DNA of 63,893 bases, filler included, from Hyphochytrium catenoides (lineage: Eukaryota; Protista; Hyphochytriomycota): NCBI GenBank assembly GCA_900088475.1. It is 8 parts of 8 records of this genome, joined end to end, with 100 filler letters (N's around TTAATTAATTAA, not from the genome) between each part and the next. Parts side by side here need not be neighbours in the genome. Positions count along the whole stretch, not along the records: positions 8,069 to 27,502 come from FLMG01002963.1; positions 27,603 to 34,053 come from FLMG01002035.1; positions 34,154 to 41,459 come from FLMG01001916.1; 5 more parts are not named here. One strand, 5' to 3'. The notes beneath the pieces were generated by a model, which saw only the letters and a list, made by a program, of their open reading frames with translations, was not told where the DNA came from and did no database searches. Of this stretch, positions 26,901 through 36,419 are shown one piece after another. Each line of letters starts with the position of its first letter. The stretch's first letter is position 1. A program made the position numbers and the translations under genes.

Positions 26901-27502
26901 CTCTGTCATCTCAGATCTTTGACGCTGCATCGGCTTTGTCCCTTCCTTCAGCTACCATTTCTTCTGAAAGAACTATTATAATCCACTCTGGTCCATTGCT
27001 TCACCTCGTTTCCGTTCTCCACTTTGTTTCTGACCTCGTCTAAGTAAAGGCTTCCGAAGGCCTTGTGCCCTTCATAACCTTGTCCTCCGATGCTTCCAAA
27101 GGATCCACCTGTCCCGCCTACGACAATAAGCGAGAAAGACGGACAAAAAGAAGTGAGCTTACAGAGTTGACTGGAAGGTTAAAGGGTTGTAGGATTGAAC
27201 TTGAAGGCGGAGCGCAGTAACTCTCCCTCGCACCATAGGCAGCCGAGAAGTAGTTCTGATCTTGAACTATGATAGCGGCACCGCTGCCGGTTAACGCTGA
27301 CCCGTCAGCCACCAGAAGCCGGTCTCCATCTTCTGAGGGCAATTGAGAGCCAGGCGTCGGAGGCTGAAGATTTCCGACCTTATTGGGCCAGAGAATCGAC
27401 AGATGACAGAGAAATATTATTGGATTAGAACGAGAAAGTGCAGTCACCTAAGGGGAACCCAGCAGGAATCAACAAGGGTATGGCTAAGAAGGCCGAGAGT
27501 AT
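14979..27502 (-). CDS. Giant multi-exon protein: Gly-rich repeats + ConA/LamG-like segment + GH43-like five-bladed beta-propeller interrupted by an EF-hand array (5' truncated, 3' end uncertain)
   Basis: Gly-rich exons: GGSGGGAG...GGAGGGALLLGA, GGGGSGGSLILVAGGTLRLSGTLSARGG. Lectin-like exons: RWYKVDILANW, VWWDEIFVG. GH43-like exons: WIFEGFLL, AK|VLYNNGSGLFVMWMQVED, VGKAVSHYPNGPFTF, ESHDQ|TV, YVSISRLSSDYL. EF loops: DLNEDRILQKDE, DPNNDGIVSYRE, DVDKSG|FLDETE, DDNMDGILTPAE. Not every internal junction was resolved. Confidence 0.75.
21140..21216. repeat. 37-bp tandem duplication (intronic)
   Basis: CCTGCCTTCACTCGGTGTCTWGCCCRATGATGTCGAT present twice. Confidence 0.9.
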
Positions 27503-27602
27503 NNNNNNNNNNNNNNNNNNNNNNNNNNNNNNNNNNNNNNNNNNNNTTAATTAATTAANNNNNNNNNNNNNNNNNNNNNNNNNNNNNNNNNNNNNNNNNN
27601 NN
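27503..27602. other. Artificial contig linker (44N-TTAATTAATTAA-44N)
   Basis: Same 100-nt cassette. Confidence 0.98.
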
Positions 27603-28009
27603 ACAAGTGCTACAGACAGAGAGGCTTGAGAGAGGGGATCCCTTTTGAGAAAATAGAACCTCTAAAAAGGCCAGTGCCATGGCTGCCGGGTGGGTGGGCC
27701 GGCGGTTGGTTATTATTATGACGAAGGTTCCAGATGTTTGTCCTTGGTGTACAATAATAAGTACAGAAACTACAAGTAAGTAAGTACAGTAAGTACAGTA
27801 AGTATGGCCCAACAAACCCACCAAGTCCAATGCGTTCAAACAGGGAGGAAGATAGTCTGGAACAGCCATGTACACGTACTGTTGTGTTTTACTACAACTA
27901 CGAACGACCTAATATAAAGACAGATCACGGGCATTCCTCTAATAAAGACCGAGCCCACAGTTCTGTTTCTGTGCCTTAGTTGATCGCTTGAACACTTCTC
28001 TTCCTGTCA

Positions 28010-28152
28010 CTGCAGCAGCAAGAGCACCAGCACCAACAGCAGCAGGCGCAACAGCAGCAACAGTCAGCGGCACCGCCGCCATAAACCATCGCCAACAGCA
28101 GCGGCCAGCAACAGTTCAAGAGCAGCAACATCACCACCACCGCGGCACCAGG

Positions 28153-28183
<31 letters not shown>

Positions 28184-28600
28184 AGAGCACCAGCACCAAC
28201 AGCAGCAGCAGCAGCAGCAACAGTCAGCGGCACCGCCGCCATTCATCGCCAACAGCAGCGGCCAGCAACAGTCAAGAGCAGCAACATCACCACCAGCGCC
28301 ATACCACCACCAGCAGCAGCAACAGTCAGCACCAACAGTCAGCAGCAACAGTCAGCAACACCAACGCCATCACCACCAGCAGCAACAGCAGCAGCATCAA
28401 CAGCAACGACAGTCAGCAGCAGCACCAGCACCAGCGTCATACCACCAGCGACAAGCAGCAGTCACAGCAGCAGCACCAACACCAGCGCCATACCACCAAC
28501 AACCAACAACCAGCAGCAGCAGCAAAAGGCAGCAGCACCAACACCAGCGTCATACCACCATCCGCCGCAGCCACAGTATCACCAGCAAAGCAGCATAAAC
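28010..28600. repeat. CAG/CAC/CAA trinucleotide-rich region with an internal ~130-bp duplication
   Basis: Block GCAGCAAGAGCACCAGCACCAACAGCAGCAG...CAAGAGCAGCAACATCACCACC occurs at ~28015-28140 and again at ~28178-28295. Confidence 0.85.
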
Positions 28601-28634
28601 GTCCTCTAAATTGAGAACTTTCCCAAAGGTACCA

Positions 28635-28962
28635 CCTGATGAGATGGCAGAGTTGGTTGGAAGGTCTTCTTCGTTGTGGTGCAAATAGCAGAATGAAGAT
28701 TATGAGCTCGAGGAGAGCTTGACAGACTAGAAGAAGTCCTCAAGTACTGTAAAGCCTAAATATGCAAAGCTATGACGAGGGTTGATATGCAAGAGAGAAA
28801 ACAGAGAAAGGTTCCTCTCTTTTGCATATTAACTTCATAGCTTTGCATACTGAGACTGTGGAGTCCTTTGTCTATCAAGCTCTCCTCGAGCTCATAATCT
28901 TCATTCTGCTATTTGCACTACAACGAAGAAGAGCTTCCAACCACCTCTGCCATCTCATCAGG
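28635..28962 (+). ncRNA. Long foldback / candidate miRNA or hairpin-siRNA precursor
   Basis: 28635-28727 is the reverse complement of 28870-28962 (93 bp, 4 non-Watson-Crick positions). An inner stem pairs 28761-28798 with 28816-28849. The inverted repeat is certain; expression as an RNA is inferred. Confidence 0.55.
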
Positions 28963-29073
28963 GGGAATGAGATGCTGAGCTCGTGCTCCAAAAACCAGGG
29001 ATGAGAGAGAGATGGGCACTCCCCATGCCAGGCCTCGTAAGGTGTCTGTCCACAGAGAGGACAGGAGGAGAGC

Positions 29074-29145
29074 GGTTAGCGCCCAGGTCTCGTTCTTACT
29101 AAGTGAGTCAAGTTCAGCTAGAGCAGCCGCCTTCCACACCAACCA
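29074..29145 (-). mobile_element. Ty1/Copia reverse-transcriptase N-terminal remnant
   Basis: WKAAALAELDSLSKNETWALT matches the Copia W..A...E..SL..N.TW.L motif. Confidence 0.6.
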
Positions 29146-30184
29146 TTGAGAGCTTCAGACTTTCTGCCAGCAACTATAGCACACAGCACCACTTCTAGCA
29201 GCAATAGCATGCATCAGCAACAGCAACAGCGCCTCCTCCTCCTTCTCCCCAAAGATTATCCACCAGCATAATACCCTTTCTAGTAGCAGGTCTGTCTCCT
29301 TATTCTCTCTTCTTCTTTTGAAGTCTAGTCTGGGTGGCTCTTTAGAAAAAGAAAGAACTTCTCTGTTTGACGTCCTTCCTCCTGCGCGGCTTCACTCTAG
29401 CTGAACATCGCTGCAAGTTAGAAGACGCCTACCTGCTTGCGTTCTCCATCGCCATTCTGTTGCTGCTGACACAGAAGAGTCAGAGTGAACAGCGGAACGA
29501 GGAGGAGGAGGCCGAAGAAGCTCGGAGACAAAGAAAGAATGGTCGTGGTGGCACGATAGGTCACGTAAGCTAAGAGAAGGCCATCAGCAGCCCTATGACA
29601 TTAGTGACTGATAAGAATCATGACGCCACCTTTGCAAGACGTAGTAGCATGCGGGGACCTTTCTCATAAAGAACGTGGTGGTGGACGAGCATGAAGTTAG
29701 AGTAGAACAGTCGAGAAAGTGCGTGGTGATGAACAGGGCTGATGGTTACCACTGATAGTACTGAGTGATATAAGGGGAAAGCAGTGAGCTATTAGCAGCA
29801 GCAACCGCAACGCAGGGCAAGAGAGAGTGGAATATGCGATGAACAAACCACAAGTAGAAGGTTGTCATGCTCCTCCTGCTGCTGTGCCACGTTGGCCTGG
29901 CAAGGAGGCGATCCCGCTGGTAGGTGCAAGTACTAGCCTGCTCGACCCTAGCTGTTGCTATCAGAAGGAAGAGAGAGAGCAGTCCTTCATTAGGCCTAGA
30001 AGAGGAAGAAGCGTCGGGAGCTCAGGCAGCGAGCTGCTCATACCAGGCAAGCGGCAGACCTGGAGGTGCACCAAGAGGGAAGAGAATACCGAAGTCTACC
30101 TGCGGTACCAGCAAAGAATAGAGTAGCAGAAGGTAGAGGTTAGGAGCGAGAGAAAGAGAAGGGAAAAGAGCTAGGTAGATAAGA

Positions 30185-30248
30185 CGCAGAGAGAGAGAGA
30201 AAGAGAGAGAGAGGCCTAGAGAACGAGAGAAGGATGAAGAGAGGGTGA

Positions 30249-30289
<41 letters not shown>

Positions 30290-30365
30290 AGAGGCACATA
30301 GAGAGAAACACATAGAGAGACACACATAGAGGGACACCCCTAGAGAGAGAGAGAATGAGAGAGTG
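30185..30365. repeat. (GA)n microsatellite tract
   Basis: GA dinucleotide runs. Confidence 0.85.
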
Positions 30366-30720
30366 TATCTAAGTGGAAGATGCGACGAGAGAAAGACCGA
30401 GGCGACAGTCAGGCAGGCCTGGAACTTGATATAATAACGACTCTTTAGACTTAGTAGCACTAACCACAAACAGAAAATTCTCTACCATCATGATGAAGAC
30501 CGGCGCCTCCTCATAAATAACAGCCAAAGAAGGTAAGTAGAAAGCGAGAGAGAGGACCTTCAAAGATAGCCAGTGGCCGCAGAGGAGCTCCTCAAGCGGC
30601 CGCATAGCGATCTCTTGCCGGTGGGATTGAGACCAACTCTGTCTGCTAACAAGCAATAGAGGCGGGAGGAAGACGGTGTCAGACTGGAAGGAAAAAGGAT
30701 TCTGCCCCATGAGCACAGCG

Positions 30721-33315
30721 TCAGCTGCTGCTAATCGAGGAAGGCGAAGGGGAAAAGAGGGAGAAAAAATGCTTGGCCAGAGCGCTGCGTAGGGCGTCGA
30801 TCTTCAAAGGCTTCATAAGACAGCCATCTAACTGCTTCTCAAGCCAGAAATTCTCGTCAGCCACCACGTTTGCCGTCAAGGCAATGATGACACTCTCTCC
30901 GCCTTCTCTCAAGCTGGCTGTCGAAGACGAGGTGGAAGAGGAAGAGCTGCCCAGGGTCCTACAAGGCGGCTTCTCTTCCGCGTCCATTTTCTCTGCGCAC
31001 TCTCTCCTCGCCGCCTCCAGCTGTCTAATCTGCCTAACGGCCTCGTACCCGTCCATGACCGGCATGCAGATGTCCATCAGGATCACGTCGTACTGACACT
31101 TTGAAGCACACTCTACCGCCTCCTGGCCATTCCATGCCGTGTGTACCTCACGACCTAGGCGGAACTTCAGCTTATCCAGCATTCGGACGACGATTCGCTG
31201 GTTTATGGCGTTGTCTTCCGCGACCAGGATCTTACACTTTGGATGGCCATCAGGACCGAGAAGAGAGAGTGGGAAAGGGTAAGAACCGGCGGCTAGTTCC
31301 TCGTCTGACGAAGAGTTGCGAGGTGTGGAGGAGGACAACTGTCTCTCTAGGTTAGGTGGTGGTGGCGGAGGGAGAGGGACAACAGGAAGAATAGAGCGAC
31401 ACGAGCTTCTTCGGTCATCCCTCATCACTCTGTCACTCTTCTTCTCTTTGGCAGGGCGGAGAGGAATCCAGAAGCTGGCGATTGTCCCTTGTCCCAAGAC
31501 GCTCTCAAGCTTGATGTCTCCTCCCATCAACTGTACCAGTCGACGGCATAGTGCCAGTCCGATCCCAGTCCCATGGTGGGCCCTGGTGGTGCTCTGATCG
31601 ACCTGAGAGAAGGGTTCGAAGAGCTGGCTAAGGTGGTCGTCAGGAATACCTATCCCTGTGTCATAAACAGAGAAGTGCATCATAGCCATTGATGCCGTCT
31701 CGACTGCTTCTGCAGCACTTTCCTGACTGATAGCCGTAGTAGGAGAAGAGGAAGGAGCCTCGCTCATCATGGAAGAGGCTGAAGAGTCAACGTCTTGATG
31801 AAGCTGCTGCTGGGGGCTCTGCATGTGGCGGCGAATGGCGATGACGTTCACTGCTTGGCTGTTGTCCTTGCTGAACTTGACTGCGTTGCCTATCAGATGA
31901 CAGAGAACCTGCTTGACGCGGGCGCGGTCTCCCTCCACCAGCCGCGGCAGTGCAGGATCAAATTCACAATTGATTGGTACAAAGGAAGAACCAGATTTCT
32001 CCAACTCATTTGCTTCTAACGCACAGGAGATGGAGCTCTGGATACATTCAACGAGGTCAAACGCCCCGCTGTCCAGCTTCACGCTGTCTGCCTCCAGCGC
32101 CGCCAAGTCTAGCGTCTCTGAGATGGTCCTCAGCAGGCTGTTGGCACACTTTTCTATGGTGCGGACCACGTGCAGATCCTCCTCACACAGCTTTCCATCC
32201 CGCAGCTCGTCGCACATCCCCAGAATCCCATTCAACGGCGTCCGGGCCTCGTGGTTCCACACTGTTAGCAGCTTGGACTTGAAATCTGAGCTCTTCTTGG
32301 CCTGCTCGAGCTTCACTGTCTGGCTCACATCTTTCAGGCAGCCAACGTACCGGACTACTGCTCCTGCGCTGTCGGTTTCTGGGATGATGACGACATGGCA
32401 TGGGAGCACCTTGCCTGTCTTCTGGTTTACCATGCGCAGTTGTTGACTGTAGACAATAGACGGTTCCTGCTGCGGTTGGATGAACTGTGTCCAAGCGGTT
32501 CTCGCGGCATGAATATCGCCCTCGTCCACAGCGTTAAGCCAGCCAAAACCATGTGCTTCCTCGCTATTCATGCCCAGCTTTCGCCTCCAGGCCACATTCA
32601 CGTACTGGCAGCGGCCCAGCGGGTCAGTCTCAAAGATGCCTACCGGCGCAAGCTCGGTTAGCCGACGGTAATGTGCTTCCTGGGCAGTGGAGACTGGGTC
32701 CTGACGCGCCACCAGCAAAATAATTCCGTTCCGACTTCTTTCTATGTCTTCTTTCCCGTCTCTTCTTCTGTCTTTAAGGCTCAGACGAGGAGAGATGGAG
32801 GCGTAGGAAGGCGCTGAGAAGCTGCAGTGGAGCCGTTCGTAGCTGCCATTCCGATGCCGCAATCGAAGCTGCACCCAGCAGCGCTGCTGCTGATCAGCTG
32901 GCAGAGTCGAAGGAGAGAGCAGCCCCTCACAGTCCAGCAAGACAGCCTCTCGGTCCTCAGGATGGACCAACTCAAGGAAGGAAGCCCGAGACAGCTCAGC
33001 TGGCGTCCAGTCAAGAACACGTTGCCATGCCAGGTTGCACTTCTGCAACTTCCCGCCTCCTTTAATTCTAGAGATGTCGATGACAGCCAACAGTTCTGAG
33101 GAGAGATCGAGAAGGAGAGAGTCATAGCCTCCAGTTCCACCACCTAATGAAGGAGAAGACGAGGCGTTGTTGTTGGCGCAGGAAGCGTGGTCTGGCGCAG
33201 CGGCGGTAGGAGGAGAGGCAGGAAGAGACAGTACCGCTAGTTCCATCTCCTCTTCCTCCTGCCTCTCGTATGTTTCTAAGTTAGCAGCCCTTTTCTTCTT
33301 AGCAGCAGTTTTCAT
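30721..33315 (-). CDS. Hybrid sensor histidine kinase (PAS-PAS-HisKA-HATPase-REC), intronless
   Basis: PAS motifs FLELVHPEDR and APVGIFETD. H-box NHEARTPLNGILG; N-box QVLCHLIGNAVKF; G1 DTGIGI; F-box LFEPFSQVD; G2 GTGIGLA. Receiver: ILVAEDN, ILMDICMPVMDG, IIALTA, KP. First ATG at 33315. Confidence 0.95.
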   Translation of the reverse strand: MKTAAKKKRAANLETYERQEEEEMELAVLSLPASPPTAAAPDHASCANNNASSSPSLGGGTGGYDSLLLDLSSELLAVIDISRIKGGGKLQKCNLAWQRVLDWTPAELSRASFLELVHPEDREAVLLDCEGLLSPSTLPADQQQRCWVQLRLRHRNGSYERLHCSFSAPSYASISPRLSLKDRRRDGKEDIERSRNGIILLVARQDPVSTAQEAHYRRLTELAPVGIFETDPLGRCQYVNVAWRRKLGMNSEEAHGFGWLNAVDEGDIHAARTAWTQFIQPQQEPSIVYSQQLRMVNQKTGKVLPCHVVIIPETDSAGAVVRYVGCLKDVSQTVKLEQAKKSSDFKSKLLTVWNHEARTPLNGILGMCDELRDGKLCEEDLHVVRTIEKCANSLLRTISETLDLAALEADSVKLDSGAFDLVECIQSSISCALEANELEKSGSSFVPINCEFDPALPRLVEGDRARVKQVLCHLIGNAVKFSKDNSQAVNVIAIRRHMQSPQQQLHQDVDSSASSMMSEAPSSSPTTAISQESAAEAVETASMAMMHFSVYDTGIGIPDDHLSQLFEPFSQVDQSTTRAHHGTGIGLALCRRLVQLMGGDIKLESVLGQGTIASFWIPLRPAKEKKSDRVMRDDRRSSCRSILPVVPLPPPPPPNLERQLSSSTPRNSSSDEELAAGSYPFPLSLLGPDGHPKCKILVAEDNAINQRIVVRMLDKLKFRLGREVHTAWNGQEAVECASKCQYDVILMDICMPVMDGYEAVRQIRQLEAARRECAEKMDAEEKPPCRTLGSSSSSTSSSTASLREGGESVIIALTANVVADENFWLEKQLDGCLMKPLKIDALRSALAKHFFSLFSPSPSSISSS

Positions 33316-34053
33316 CGGCGAAGGGAAAGAAACCGCGAAACAGGGAAGACCAGAGAGAGAGAGAGAAAGAGAAGAAAGAGAAAAGAAAGAGGGCAAGAGA
33401 GACAGGATCTAACTAAGTTCTCCTTATCTACTATAAGAGCTCCGGTGGGGACGTCCTGGTGTCTGGGGAAGAGTAGATTGCCGGGAGACTTGCATCGACG
33501 GATTGTCTCCCAGGCAGAGGAGATGATGGCCCACGAATACGCAAGACGCGGAACAGCGAACCTCGTACAGGGGGATGGAGACAAGGATGAGAAAGAGACA
33601 AGAAGCTATGGAAGAAGTGCTGTTATTAGTAGCTCTGAGGCGGGCGATGAGAAAGAACGTGCCAGCCTCGATGTAAAGAAGAGTGAATATGGAGAAGTGG
33701 TGCTGCTGGTCGCCGCCCTGGGCAGACTGTAAAACCACCGGAGCCAGCAGAANNNNNNGGATAGAGAGGGGAAAACGAAGAGAGAGAGAGAGAGAGAGAG
33801 AGAAGGTGAAGACAGGCAGAGAGAATACAGCCTATGCTTCACAGCAATGCAGGAGTGAGTGACGTTCTCACTCAAGGTCAATCATGAAGGTGCTACGAGG
33901 GCGGAGCGCGAGAATTATATCAAAATCAAGAGGGCCAATAGCAGTGCTCCTTTCTCTGCTCACCTTTCCCTTATCACGCTCCATAGGAGCTGAACAAAAT
34001 CAGCCACACTTCCTCGTCTCACAACTACGAGGTCGAGGCATCCGTCGGAAGGG

Positions 34054-34153
34054 NNNNNNNNNNNNNNNNNNNNNNNNNNNNNNNNNNNNNNNNNNNNTTA
34101 ATTAATTAANNNNNNNNNNNNNNNNNNNNNNNNNNNNNNNNNNNNNNNNNNNN
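34054..34153. other. Artificial contig linker (44N-TTAATTAATTAA-44N)
   Basis: Same 100-nt cassette. Confidence 0.98.
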
Positions 34154-35344
34154 GAGAGAGAGAGGGAGAGAGAGAGTTGATCAGCAGGTGAAACACGTCC
34201 AAACTGAGCCTTTTGGACCTGCTAGAGAGACAGAGCCAGGAGGAGATGGAAGAGATGATATAGCAATCCTATAGCTAGGTATCAAGACAGAGTCAAATAG
34301 ATAGAGGGAAGCATCACAACCAGAGGCGAAGCTTCAACATCTGTAAATGGGCATCAGAGGACATCTTTGTCTTGACATATTCTTGAGCGGTTGGCAGTAG
34401 CCAACAACCTTACAAACTGCCCAGGAATGTGTCAGAATATTGTACAGAATCTAAGTAATTGTTAATTTATAAAATTGACTCCCGCACCTCCCTGCCCTCT
34501 CTTCTCTGTCTGGGACGTTGGTTCAGCTGTTGGTTCTTTCTTCTCTGAGAAAACGAATGATCCTTCTCAGTCTAGTGTTTCCATCTCGATAACTACAAGG
34601 AAATCAGAAGAAGATATCAGCAGTATAACACCGGTAGTCATCAGTCAGCATTGCGTAGAGTAATCAAGGATTAGTCACTGATTGCACCCTAAATCTCAAC
34701 GGACATGAGCGTATATTCTGAATTCAGTGCTTGAATACTTGATAAGCATAGCCATATACGAGATATGCATGAGGCGTGAGGTGTGTCTTTTGGGGGTTTC
34801 AGTGATGTGGAGTTGGGAGGGAGCTCTCTCTCTCTCTCTNNNNNNNNNNNNNNNNNNNNNNNNNNNNNNNNNNNTTCCTCGGTCTCTCTCCTACCTGTCA
34901 CTCCTGTTCCTCTTGGGCTATTTCTGGGACAGAAAGCTCTCTGACACCTCCGGCTTGCTCTCGACCTCTCTCTTCCTCTCTTTTTCTCACTAATAATAGG
35001 AGTGCTTTGTCGTTTTTCCCTACCTCCTCCTCTCTCCTTCTCACTCGCTTTCCTGTCTTGTTGCCTCTTCCCTCTTTCTCGTCACATCCAGACCGTTCTC
35101 CCTTCCTCATCAGCTCGTGAGTGGTAACTTTTCTCCGCTCTTTCTTCGGTTCTTGCTCTTCCTTCCGGCGCTGGGACTATTTCCCGCTGGGCTTCAAGAA
35201 AGATCTGCGGCAGATCTGTTAATCACTGCGGCACAACGCTCTCTTGCATCGAGTAGCTTACCTGTGAGTGAGCGGCGCCATTCTTAAGCGAGAGAGTCCG
35301 TTCGGAGGAGGTTCACGAGCGGGGTTGCTGGAGAAAGAGTGAAG

Positions 35345-35631
35345 ATGTCGGTCGAGCAGAAGGTGCCAACCATTGAGATTGGGAGGTACAGTGTGGTCAC
35401 TGAGGGGAAGATTGGCGAAGGTGCGGCCTGGAGCTCCCTCTGGCACTTTCTCTCCTCTCTCTTCTAATGTGTCTCTATCTCTATCCTTTATCCCTTATCT
35501 CATTCCTTCTCTTTCTCTCTCTCTCTTCCTTCCACCCATGCCCACCTCTTCTTCGCCGACTTTACATCTTCTCTCTCATTTTCTTCCCTCTTTGATTTGA
35601 CCCTTTGCCGTCTAAGTTCCTTGTCAACGTG

Positions 35632-35670
<39 letters not shown>

Positions 35671-36327
35671 CTCTCTGTCTCTCACTCACCCTCTTTCTCT
35701 CTCTTACTTTATGAATATCGGTCTGCCATGTCTCACTGCTCCTTCCTTCGCGTCCATCAGGAGGATTTGCCGATGTATCTCTCGTTCGCGACGTGCGCTC
35801 TGAGACGCGCTACGTGCTCAAGAGGATGATCTGCCAGAACTCAGAACAGCTAGAAATGGCCAAGAAAGAGGTGGAAGTGATGAAGAAGCTCAAGCACCGG
35901 AACATCATTGAGTTCAAAGACTCACAGTTCCGCACTAAGTCGAGCTCTGTGACTGAGTGTCTGATGCTGCTGGAATATTGCTCTCAAGGCCACGTTCTGG
36001 ATAAAATCAAGAAGCTCCAGACGTCTGGGAAATCTCTGGAGTATCCAGAGCTTCTGGAGATTTTCAGAGACGTAGCCAGAGCCTTGAAGTACATGCATGA
36101 GCAAGATCCACCGATTGCTCATAGAGATCTGAAGCTGGAGAATATTTTGAAGGGCACGGGCGGAACCTACAAGCTCTGTGACTTTGGCTCGTGTGCTGTG
36201 GGCAAGCGCTCCGTGGTGAACAAGGTAAAGACAAACAGGACATCCCACGCTTCTCTGCTGCGGGCTGAAACACCACTACTATTATGAGACCTCCGATGTC
36301 TTCAGAAGTAGTTCGACTACTGCGGCA

Positions 36328-36378
<51 letters not shown>

Positions 36379-36387
36379 TTGTTCTCT

Positions 36388-36419
<32 letters not shown>

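Noticed and set aside
27976-28348. Cys/Ala-rich minus-strand ORFs as metallothionein-like proteins
   Set aside because: They are the antisense reading of CAG-type repeats.
30773-33143. Overlapping ORFs within the histidine kinase (also those within ovoA)
   Set aside because: Shadow ORFs of long coding sequences, with no recognisable motifs.
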